DNA from: Octopus bimaculoides
Taxonomy: Eukaryota
Direction: 5' to 3'
Assembly (NCBI RefSeq): GCF_001194135.2
Contig: NC_069005.1
Coordinates: forward strand, 34,724,016 to 34,788,015
DNA: 64,000 bases
Shown: one piece after another, positions 1 to 9,902 of the stretch
How the letters are laid out: every line of letters begins with the position of its first letter
Position numbering within the stretch: the first letter of the stretch is position 1
Program-made: the position numbers and the translations under genes
Notes under the pieces: generated by a model
What the model was told of the DNA's origin: nothing
Databases searched by the model: none
What the model saw: only the letters and a program-made list of their open reading frames with translations

Positions 1-14
1 TGTCGAAATATTAG

Positions 15-64
15 TAACAGTAGCACCCCAGATGAACTAACAGTAGCACCCCAGATGAACTAAC
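15..64. repeat. Perfect 23-bp direct tandem duplication (TAACAGTAGCACCCCAGATGAAC x2 + TAAC)
   Basis: Read directly: 15-37 equals 38-60. Confidence 0.95.
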
Positions 65-790
65 GAACTGTGGAGTTCGGAAAGGAGATCATCTCGTCCG
101 AGTGTGCGTCATTGCTGGAAGCTTGTCCATCGGGTTTCGACATTGGCTGACGTTGGCGTTCGGTTAAATATATTATTTCAGTGAATTTCGGTAAGCTTCT
201 GGCACGAGAACGCGTGCTTGATCGCATATATCGTAACCTTTGACACACGTCTGTGCCAACTTGGACAGCACCATTGTCCAGTTTGTTACTTGTCTGGAAC
301 AAGTGAGAAACAACTGAGCCGTGCACCAACTTATCAACAAAATGTTGTTGATTTCCTGTAAGGCCTGTGTCTGAGTAGCACCGCATGGGGCCTGTAACGG
401 GTCAGGTCGCCTGACCTTCCACTGTCATCGTATTCTCATCACTACACGCCATGCTGCACCGCTTCACAGGATCATTCCGAACACTCCACGTTACACAAAA
501 AAAACTGCTTGTTTTGGAATAATGGGCGGCATTTTCCTGGAGGTGGAGGAGACGGCCTTTGCAGGGTCTTTAAGACTGGTGGGAAGAAATTATCTTCAAA
601 CCCAAACATGTGTCTCGATAAAAGCAGCCAAGGCGCCATCTGGTATTTAAGTTGTTTATAAAATGGTAAGAGCAGGGTTAATATGTTGTCGTGGAACCTC
701 TTCCCTGGGATGTTGTGGTGTCGTGGCAACGACCTCTGGCCAGAGGGATAGTAGCAGTAGGCGTTAGTATTGGGGTTGCAGAGAGAGAGA
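60..790 (-). mobile_element. Heavily decayed Helitron-like Rep/helicase fragment (frameshifts and stops)
   Basis: Switching among minus frames gives collinear fragments NPNTNAYCYY / HNIPG..FHD / YRDTCLGL / FEDN / NDPVK / ALQEINNILL / LTERQR. These resemble the Helitron region between Rep and helicase (HPN..ECFYLR.LL..VPGP.SF / YREAC..LGLLEDD / SDP..LW / AL..IE..L / LT.EQR), compared from memory. GC is higher than in the flanks. Confidence 0.45.
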
Positions 791-1334
791 GAGGAGTGTT
801 GTTTACGATTTGGAAACTGACTCCTGTTTATCTTCAAACACAACACACACTACTGAACAACAAGTGTGCTAATATATATGCCTCACCAGTGTATACACAT
901 TAATAAAATTGATTTCTTTTCTTTTTATTTATAAATTACAATATAAGTTGTTAATCTGTCGTGTATATATATATATATACATGACAGATTTGTGTGTGTA
1001 TGTATGCTGGCTTTTTTCAGTAGGTTCCGCCAAACCCTGTGGTGGTGTGACCAATTGAAGCACTTGTTGGTGCATTGATTTTTTTTTTCTAGTTTTTCTT
1101 TCGTTATATTCCTGTTTATATTTTGAATAAAAAAAAACACCAGTCCAATACTGATATATACGCAATTATAAAAACACAAGCCATATAATAATTAGGGAAC
1201 ATTTAAACATGTTGGTGCCTCAGTAACAATTACATCTAAAAATGTTTTTTCTTAAATCTCATTTGTTTGCATTTACTTAAATATAGCTGAGGCATATATT
1301 GCTGTCGTGCACGGAACGACATCTACCTATCTAT

Positions 1335-1403
<69 letters not shown>

Positions 1404-1459
1404 GCACCTAAATCACAAAACCCTAAATTTCAGTTACAGAAATCTAAAATCAGTAAAAG

Positions 1460-1788
1460 TGCATGTAGCGGAAGTCCTGTTTACAGATTTCTGTATCAAT
1501 GCGCACGTCTTATATATAGTTTAATAGTTTAATTACAAAAAAAAAACCAATTGATGTAAAATTAATAAAGAAATAATTAAACATGTATTGCTATTTTTGA
1601 TTTTATTTAAAATTTTGCAAAACTTTGAATTTTTTCCCCTTAATATTTGATTCTGATGAATGGAACTATTTATTGTTGTTTATGGTTTTTTTTCAGTTAA
1701 ACGGAAGTGAAGAGAAGAGAGAGAGAGAAAGGTTTGTGGGTTTTTTCGGTGGATTTTGTTGGATTTTGTCCGAAGCTGAACCAATAAA
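1460..1788 (+). promoter_or_regulatory. Probable SPT4 promoter/5'UTR with two ETS-type CGGAAGT motifs
   Basis: CGGAAGT at 1469-1475 and 1702-1708, local CpG enrichment, immediately upstream of the ATG at 1789. Confidence 0.45.
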
Positions 1789-1857
1789 ATGTCTTTAGAT
1801 GCTGTTCCGAAAGATATGAGGAACCTGCGGGCTTGCCTGCTGTGTTCCTTAGTTAAG
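1789..1857 (+). CDS. SUPT4H1: Transcription elongation factor SPT4, exon 1 (MSLDAVPKDMRNLRACLLCSLVK)
   Basis: Matches the SPT4 N-terminus with the first CxxC zinc pair; donor AAG|GTAAGG, phase 0. Confidence 0.97.
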
Positions 1858-3534
1858 GTAAGGTCTCTCATTTCCATTAAAACTGCTGTTCTTCATGTTA
1901 TCCTCTCTCATCTCACATGTGTTGAACTCCACACTCTCTCTTGTTACCGGAATCCTATCAATCCTCTTTTATTTATTATACACACAAACATTATGTTATA
2001 TTATATTTTACCTATGTGTGTATATATATATATATCGTTTGAAATGGTGTACAAATTTTATATATTAAGAAAAAAGCAAATAGTCAGAATTTGGATAATT
2101 ATTTATTTCGCTTCAGAGAGATTCGTCTCTGAAACGAGACGAAAAGACTAAATGAATAATTATCCAAATTATGACTACCATTCTTTTTCTTTATATATAT
2201 AGAGATATATAATGTGTGTGTGTGTATATATTATCATACCTCTACACAAAGTCGGTGGGGTACAGATGTGCAGGTATGTCCGTGTGTATATATATATATA
2301 TATAGGCGGACGTGTATACATAGACGTGGACTTAACGAGGCTGTTTAGTTTGCTAGAAACAACAGTCATATTTTTCAAATTACACTGTTAAAAAAAGAAT
2401 GGTCACGGCTAGAACGCCTTTTAATCCTAGGCCTGCTTGGTGTAACCCTGCTCTGTTTATACTTCAATGTGTCCTGTTTTTACTTGGACGCGTTTCAAGA
2501 CTGACAGGAACGACACAAGTTCACCGAGTTTCTTCTTCCATTAAAAAGTCTTTTATGAAATCTGGTTTTTGTGAGATGTTCTTTCTGGTTAGATTTGGGG
2601 GAATTATCTCTCATCCTCTTAACAGTACAATAAACAGTTCTCTTGATCCTGGTTATTTGTGGAAGAATTAAACTAATCCTTAAGTGTACAAGTTCAAATC
2701 GAAATCTCGGTTGTTATTCTGAAGTCAATCCAGACCCAGCTGTGATCATCCTGTCCTTTTTTCCCCCGTCATAGTCTATCTAGGACTCCATTATTTCGTG
2801 TATCGGCGGAATGCTGCTTTAAGCACGCCTTATAACCCCTCAACTTTATTTTATTTTTTTGGAAGGTTTTTGTATAATCGTATGAATTCCGGTGTGTAGA
2901 ACACAAATTCGCCAAAATTGTCTGAAAATACCAAAATATGAAAAATCCGGGATTATGTGGTGTCTTTCCTTTCTGAAGACGATAGGAGGAGAAATGAAGG
3001 GAATTCAGTAGTTATTTCGGTCAATATACAGATATTTAACCGTTATTTCTAGCAGACGGTACAACCACATCGATGCTCTCTCGGCAGCAGCTAACTGATG
3101 CTAGAAACAACAGCTGGTGGGTGCGGGGTGTGTGAATATTTTGATCAACTTGTGGTCCCAGTGGGAAGACGTCAGCTACCACATCACCACCACCACCACT
3201 CATTAATTAATTAAACTTGTTACCTCATTATCAACTTAATTAGGACTTCATCTGCTATTTTAGTATCATTACCTTATGCTCTCACTTCATCTCTTTTTTT
3301 TTTCGTTGCTATGACAACTCTTGTATCTTCAACTTAATGTGCTTTTGGCTGTTTCTTCTCACAATTTTACTCCCTCCAAATTGGGACACCACACTCTCCA
3401 TCCACCCCGACTTCATTGAGTAGCCCTTCGATATTGGTAGGCATCATTCACCCACACAACCTTCCAGTATGGCATAAAGAGGGCAATCCATGGATTTAAT
3501 AACAACGAGGTTGATACTAATTCCAATATATCAT

Positions 3535-3722
3535 TCATCATCATCATCATCGTTTAACGTCCGCCTTCCATGCTAGCATGGGTTGGACGATTTGACTGAG
3601 GACTGGCAAGCCAGAAGGCTACACCAGGCTCCAATCTGATCTGGCAGAGTTTCTACAGCTGGATGCCCTTCCTAACGCCAACCACTCCAAGAGTGTAGTG
3701 GGTGCTTTTACATGCCACCAGC
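3535..3722 (-). mobile_element. (GAT)n-tailed 3' end of a non-LTR retroelement (probably RTE-related tail family), SPT4 intron 1
   Basis: Reverse complement ends in GGACGTTAAACGATGATGATG; the same family occurs at 5335-5433, ~7630-7718, ~10620-10735 and ~44560-44760. Confidence 0.7.
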
Positions 3723-3828
3723 AAGTTGAAGAGAAACAGATGCGGATGGGGATAAACACTGGGTAGTAATTGGGTGGAACAGTTAAATGCCATCAACTGA
3801 ATGGTTTTTTACTCTGTTTTATTTTCAG

Positions 3829-3935
3829 ACATTTGACCAGTTTGAGTATGAAGGTTGTGACAATTGTGATGATCATTTACATATGAAGAATAACCGAGAT
3901 GCCGTCTATGTCTGCACCAGTTCCAACTTTGATGG
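3829..3935 (+). CDS. SUPT4H1: SPT4 exon 2 ([36 protein letters not shown])
   Basis: Acceptor tttattttcag|AC, donor GG|GTAAAT; contains the second CxxC (CDNC); 107 nt. Confidence 0.97.
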
Positions 3936-3963
3936 GTAAATATTATTAAAATCTTTATCTTTT

Positions 3964-4290
3964 ACTTGTTTCAGTCATTAGACTCTGGCCATACTGGGGC
4001 ACCGCCTTGAACAATTTGCTTTTAGTCGAATGAATCGATGCCACTAATTATTTTTGTTGTCAAACCTGGTTTTTATTCTGTCAGTTTCTTTTGCCGAACC
4101 GCTAAGGAGATATAAACAGAGACATATGACGGGCTTCTTTCAGTTTCCGTCTACCAAATCTACTCACAAGGCTTTAGTCAGCCCGATGCCATAGTGAGAG
4201 ACACTTGCCCAGGGTGTCACGATGGAGAACTGAACACAGAACCATGTAGTTGGGAGAAAAAGCTTCTTACCACACAACCACACCTGCATG
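3964..4290 (-). mobile_element. tRNA-headed SINE, family A
   Basis: Reverse complement starts with box A-like TGGTTGTGTGG and box B-like GGTTCTGTGTTCAGT; the body GGTAGACGGAAACTGAAAGAAGCCCGTC recurs throughout the window. Confidence 0.8.
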
Positions 4291-5249
4291 TCCATGGAGT
4301 ATAACACTTTGAAGGGTTTTACAAATCCCTGGCCCCTGGTGGTCAAAAGAGTTTGGCATCAGCCTGGCTTCTTTTCAGGAATATGGTTTGCTTCAGTTTC
4401 CATGATAAACTTATTTAACTGCGAAGTTCTCCCAGTCATGGCTGGTGGAGTCTAATAAAGTCCTGGGGCCATCAGAAACCATAGATGTTTGATCAGATTA
4501 TGGTCTCTGGTCTAGAGACCAATCATGTGTGTGTTTCTATGGCTACCACTCCTGACCCCAAATGCAACACTTACTGAACTGATGATGGACATCAAGATTA
4601 TAACCAATCTGGATTCAAACAACTGTTCTCTGTTTCACACATGTGAAGCTCGTTTTTGTTACTCTTCTTTGGCATTTATTTATTCCCAACAACATCCATC
4701 CCTGACATGACCAACCTTATCTATTCATTCATCTCACCTACTAACTATTCCTGCTGCGACAGTGAACCATCTGCCTGACTTTTTTTTTTTTTTCTTATCT
4801 TTACTTGCTCTTAGAACTGTACAGCTGGTCCCTGTAGAGTCTGTTTGGCATAGGCCCTCCCCCCTCCACCTCCAGGCCTTTTTTCTGTTTAGTGCTAAAA
4901 GCAAGAGGGCTGCTATCGTTACGCATACATGCTTCTCTCTCTTATCACATGCGAACCTTTCTCTGCTCATCATCATCATCATCATTCCACTTTCTGTACT
5001 GGCACAGGTTGAGCTGACCATTATGGTTAGAATCAGCACATATTTGAGGGAGCCATGTGCTTATGGAGGCAGGGGGGGGGGGTCTTGTCTCTTGTTTTTG
5101 GTTTGGTTTCGGTTGTTGGATGCTCTACCTGACTTCATCTTACAGTGTGTTGGGTGCATTTTTTATGGCACCAGGGTAACCATGCCCTCTACAAGGGACC
5201 TCCTAACTCCATGTGTCTGCTCCCTCACTGGCCCCTTTACTGAGTGAGG

Positions 5250-5433
5250 ATGATAGGAGTGAGTAGTTTCATATAGACAAGGCAAGATGGTGGGGAGGTG
5301 ACACGGGGGATTGGGCAGTGACAGAGGCCCAAGATGGAGCCTGGTGTAGCCATCTGGTTTCACCAGTCCTCAGTCAAATCGTCCAACCCATGCTAGCATG
5401 GAAAGCGGACGTTAAACGATGATGATGATGATG
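5250..5433 (+). mobile_element. Same (GAT)n-tailed retroelement 3' end, opposite orientation, SPT4 intron 2
   Basis: ...CCCATGCTAGCATGGAAAGCGGACGTTAAACGATGATGATG; nearly identical to the reverse complement of 3538-3633. Confidence 0.75.
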
Positions 5434-5584
5434 ACGACTCTAAGGCTCTTCGATTCTATTCCTTGCTTCCACACCTGATGCATATATATATATATGCCTA
5501 TTGATACACTATATATATGTATATATATTTATGTGTGTGTATAAACATAACATTTTTGCCCTGCTCAGACAGGTGAGCAAGTCT

Positions 5585-6500
5585 TCTCCCATTATTATGT
5601 GTTGCCATTTATTCTTTTTGTCATCTCATCCATAAGACATGACAGCTTCAGGCCTGCCATTGCCACACTCCGTCCCAAGTCTACCTTGGTTTCCCTTTTC
5701 CACATTTACTTTTGCGCTCACATCTCCCTTCCTTTCACATCCAAACCAATGCACTCCACTTCACCCGATTCCTTTTTTGCTCAGTTTTCCCCTCAATTCT
5801 CTACTTAATTAGTATCATTTCACACCTAACGAAGCGTCCCTGCTTACTTTGTTTCTAGCTTGTGCAGAGACCTTTTATTGTTCAAGGCCCCAATCTCCCT
5901 CTCATGCAGCAATTACACTTTGCACCCTAGACCTTCACTTTAAGAGAAGGCTTTGTTGCCAGCAGAGGTAACAACTCCCTGAACATTTCCCAATTAGCTC
6001 TCACTCTGGCCTCAATGTTCTCAGAACACCTACCCCTCCCCCCACTACTAGTTAGGTCCTTGGGTAACAGATGCTACTTCTAGAGGGCCTCCTGAGCATT
6101 GGATAGTCTGTTTCATAATTGCTCTTGGTACTTTCTGCCCCTGTGTACCTTCTCTGTTGTTATCTTCACCCTGTCACCTCTCCACATATCAAATCTAGCC
6201 ATTTCCCTGATGGTAACAGGATCCTGTCTTACCTTAATCTTTTACTAAATTCACTCTGAGACCTCTTCATTCCAGTGTCTGGGATTCCTTTCCCAATTCT
6301 ACGACACATTCAGCTACAAAAGCTGGGTCATCAGCATCAAGAAACTCTCCTGGGCAGCTGGAGGTTTGCTGTGGCTTTGGAGGACTTATAAACAACAAAA
6401 GGACTCTGGTGTACCCACCACCTTCACTTCTCTGTCTCGCACTTTGCACAGGCCATTCATCTATTCCAGACTTGCTTTTTTTTTGAGCAAGGAACCCTTT
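5585..6500 (-). mobile_element. Decayed RTE-clade LINE reverse transcriptase fragment
   Basis: Minus translation ...LLLFI...CPGEFLDADDPAFVAECVVEL matches the RT motif C region (SPLLF..CPWELLYADD.ALIAES); further downstream is an RGRP..TW-like remnant. Confidence 0.7.
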
Positions 6501-6888
6501 CAAAAGCCAGGGATAGGGGTTTCTTTTTAGCTAAGCTAGATAGTTCTCCTATATCTGTCTCACAAGGAAGTACAGATCAGTAAATTTACAACTATTTATA
6601 AATGCAGATAAATGGATCCATGTTGACATAGATTTCTTCCATCCATGGTACCATTGCACAACATTTTTAGACAATATGAAACCTGTCATGTGGCTATTTC
6701 ATTTACTTTTCATGGTGAGGCTGAAAACTCCATGTCTTTTTCAAAATATGTAAATGATATTTCAAATTATTATTATTATTATTATTGTTGTTGTGTATTG
6801 TAATATGAATCCATGCGTTGTCAGCACATCAGGTTGATCGGTTTAGCTGAGTTCTTGGTGGTGGACATTGTGTGTAGTAATAACAATA

Positions 6889-6925
<37 letters not shown>

Positions 6926-6940
6926 GTGTATGTCTATATA

Positions 6941-7090
6941 GGTGCAGGCCTGGTTGAATGGTTCAGAAGCTCACTTTGCAACAACATAGTTTTGGTTTCA
7001 GTTCCACTGTACAGCACCTTGGCAGGGGAGGGAAGGTTTCTTCTACTTATTGTTCCTGGTCAACCCAGGAACCCTTGGGGTTGAATTTGG
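6941..7090 (+). mobile_element. Degenerate family-A SINE 5' part
   Basis: GGTGCAGGCCTGGTTGAATGG...GGTTTCAGTTCCACTGTACAGCACCTTGG, homologous to the other copies. Confidence 0.6.
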
Positions 7091-7175
7091 TCTCCCCCTC
7101 CACCACCACCACCACTGGTCTGCTTTGTCTTGATTTTTTATGTTTTATTGTTTTTCTTTTGTTTCTTTTTCCAAG

Positions 7176-7231
7176 GTTAATATCAATGATGGGACCTGAA
7201 GACAGTTGGGTGGCAAAATGGCAGAGAATTA
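7176..7231 (+). CDS. SUPT4H1: SPT4 exon 3 (LISMMGPEDSWVAKWQRI)
   Basis: Long pyrimidine tract + ccaag|G, donor A|GTAAGT; conserved SWVAKWQR motif; 56 nt. Confidence 0.97.
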
Positions 7232-8845
7232 GTAAGTATCTCTCTCTATATCTCTCGTGTAGTTGATAGTAATGGTAACAACTGCCTACTCAGTTGAGCC
7301 CCTCCCCATTATATCACTGGTATACTCTTCTTAATCCTGCTAAGCATTGTGCTCCTCATTCAGCAATGTCCGAGAGTCTCCACATGCTCATTTGACTAAA
7401 TTTAGTGTGTTTGGTCATGGCTGGATTCCCATTGATCTTAGCTCTAAACTGCTAATAAACAACATCAATCCAGGATATTTCCTCTCACATTATCCAGGGC
7501 TATTTTTTACGTTTTGAGGAATATTTTGTTGCTTTTTTTTTTTCTAGGAATCCCAATAACTCTCCTGTTCTTCTACAAACTCCACCCCACCCCCCTGTAA
7601 GCATCTGGCCATAGAGCCATGCCTCTGTAGACATTGGAGCCTGACTCATCGGGGTCCTGTCAAACCATCCGACCTTGATCAGCGGAGAAGGTGGACATTA
7701 AATGGTAATGATGATGATTGTGTGGGAGGGGGGAGATTGAGGTGCATTCTGAGATATTTTCAGTAACAAAACTTTATTATTATGAAGCAAAAACATGGTA
7801 TCAATGGAAATAGGAACTGTTCAGAATTAGAGACCGCTTCCAACAGGGAATGGTTTGGAAAACAAAATAAATATGCTTTTTTTCACACACAATCGTTTGC
7901 TGTGGTGTTGCTTTGTCCATGTTGGCCAGTGAATGTCTTGGATCTCAGCAGGAAATACTTGTTAGCTGTAAAGAGAGAAAAATGTTATTTTGAAGAAAAG
8001 TTGTAGTTTTGTGATTAATAATAATAATCCATCAAGAAGGTAGGGGGTCAGTTGTTGTCTTAGGGTTGTTTTAATTAAGTGGGGGAGGAAGAGGAGGGAT
8101 TAAATGGGCTGGTGTCCTCTTTTCTGTGGTTCCTTTGTTAAGGTATAAAAGTCCTCTCAGTTTGCTTGGCTGGCAACAGGTTCCACCCCGATTTGATAGT
8201 TGTTGAAAATAATCAACATGAATCTCCTCTGCCCAGTTTTTGGGAATCAGTCAAAGGACCACAATCCTATTCACTTACTGGGGATCAGGTGTGATTGTTC
8301 TCTAGACAGGATGGGGTCAACCCTGGGCTAGCTGACCCTTGGGTAAAAGTATTTCAACCATGCCCATCCTTCTCTTATTTGCAGGGCTTAATTTTTGAAG
8401 AGAATAGACTGATTTGAGGGACATTTCACTGATATTTCTTACAGACTCCCAATGTTGACTCAGTTTTAAAACTTCATATGGAACCCGTGAATGGAAGAAA
8501 CACCCCCCCCCCCCACTGCCCCAATATTTCTGTACAAAGGGGGGGGGGACAAGAAATAAAGGAGTATTAAACTCTCTCCCCCCCTCCCCCCATATACCTC
8601 AGTATAAACTCACTGATGACATTTCAATAAACTTATTACAATTCTGCTCAACTTGTTTGTTTTATTTCATACCAGTGATATACTCTGGTTCAATCCATTA
8701 TTCCCATTGTGGGGCACCGTAATATATTTTGGTGAGGCAATGCATAGGGTTATACACAGTGTTTTAGTATACGAATAGAGGGGGGGGCAATTCAAGAATG
8801 AATTTTAAAAAAAAAATTCCTTACATCCCCCTCCTGATCAATTTT

Positions 8846-8924
8846 ATCAATTTTGACACTTTAGAGACATCAGATCTTTTATCTTATTCATAAGATCTGA
8901 TGTCTCTAAAGTGTCAAAATTGAT
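8846..8924. repeat. Perfect 33-bp inverted repeat with a 13-nt loop in SPT4 intron 3
   Basis: 8846-8878 ATCAATTTTGACACTTTAGAGACATCAGATCTT is the exact reverse complement of 8892-8924. Confidence 0.97.
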
Positions 8925-9094
8925 TTTTCCTTTGATATATATAGTTAGTGGTGGTGCTATGTGAAGACATTTATTTGTCAGATTAGATCTGTCACTCCCT
9001 GTTACCTTTTAAACCGTAAATGATTTTGGGAAATGCATGAACATCATCAAATCCTGTTTTCTGGTCTCTTATATAAATTCTTTCTTTCTTTCAG

Positions 9095-9216
9095 GTCGTT
9101 TTTCTAAAGGTTGTTACGCAATCTCTGTAACCGGTCGTCTTCCTCCAAATGTTGTCAAAGATTTGAAACGCAAAGGAATCTCCTACAGGCCCCGAGACAC
9201 CAGTACAAGAGCTTGA
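9095..9216 (+). CDS. SUPT4H1: SPT4 exon 4, terminal (SRFSKGCYAISVTGRLPPNVVKDLKRKGISYRPRDTSTRA*)
   Basis: Acceptor tttctttcag|GT; YA.SV.GRLP and Y..RD motifs; TGA at 9214-9216. Total CDS 69+107+56+122=354 nt = 117 aa + stop. Confidence 0.97.
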
Positions 9217-9300
9217 GGTGGGGGAACCCCTCACCTTTTTTGTCACCTCATCACATTTTCATCTCTCATTCAAATCATTCCCCCCACTTCTTCCAGTGTA

Positions 9301-9310
9301 AATAAATAAA
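9301..9310 (+). terminator. Overlapping AATAAA polyadenylation signals of SPT4
   Basis: AATAAATAAA 85 nt after the stop, followed by a T-rich tract. Confidence 0.65.
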
Positions 9311-9754
9311 AAAACAAAAGAACATTTTTGTCTTTTAATTTGTATCTCATTCAGTTGAGGAAGTGTGTGTATATATTCATATGTATACATGTATACATAT
9401 ACATATGTATGTATATATATATAAATATATTAGAATTATATATAATTATATATATATTTGTATATATATGCATATGTGTATGTATGTCAGGCTCAATAAA
9501 TTAAGTACCAGTGAAACACTGGGGTCAATGCAACTGACTAGTCCCCTCCCGCATAATTTCAGGCCTTGTACCTGTGGAAGAAAGGATTATTATTATTATT
9601 TATGTATCTATCTATTTAGTAATAAATTGAAAACCAAAAAGGCAAATTACAAAGCCCCCACTTACCTGGTGGTGTTGTTGCCTAAATTTATTAAATATCT
9701 GAAATATTTGAATAATTTAACTTAAATAGAAAAAAAGGCAATGAAAGTCACCAC

Positions 9755-9902
9755 TTACCCACTGTTGTTGTTGTCCAAATTGTTTAAATAGTTTTGTTGA
9801 AGAAATGCCATAATTTGTGGCAAATTCCTCTCTTCAACTGTTGCCGGTCGAATGCTGATACAGTGAAGCCTTTTGGTTTTATTATCAATCATTCCAACAC
9901 AC
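9755..9902 (-). CDS. SPATA22: SPATA22 coding exon 9 (R|CVGMIDNKTKRLHCISIRPATVEERNLPQIMAFLQQNYLNNLDNNNSG*)
   Basis: Acceptor ttctcttccccccag|G, phase 2; matches the vertebrate SPATA22 C-terminal RCVG.YD.K...FQC.SVRPA motif. Confidence 0.9.
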
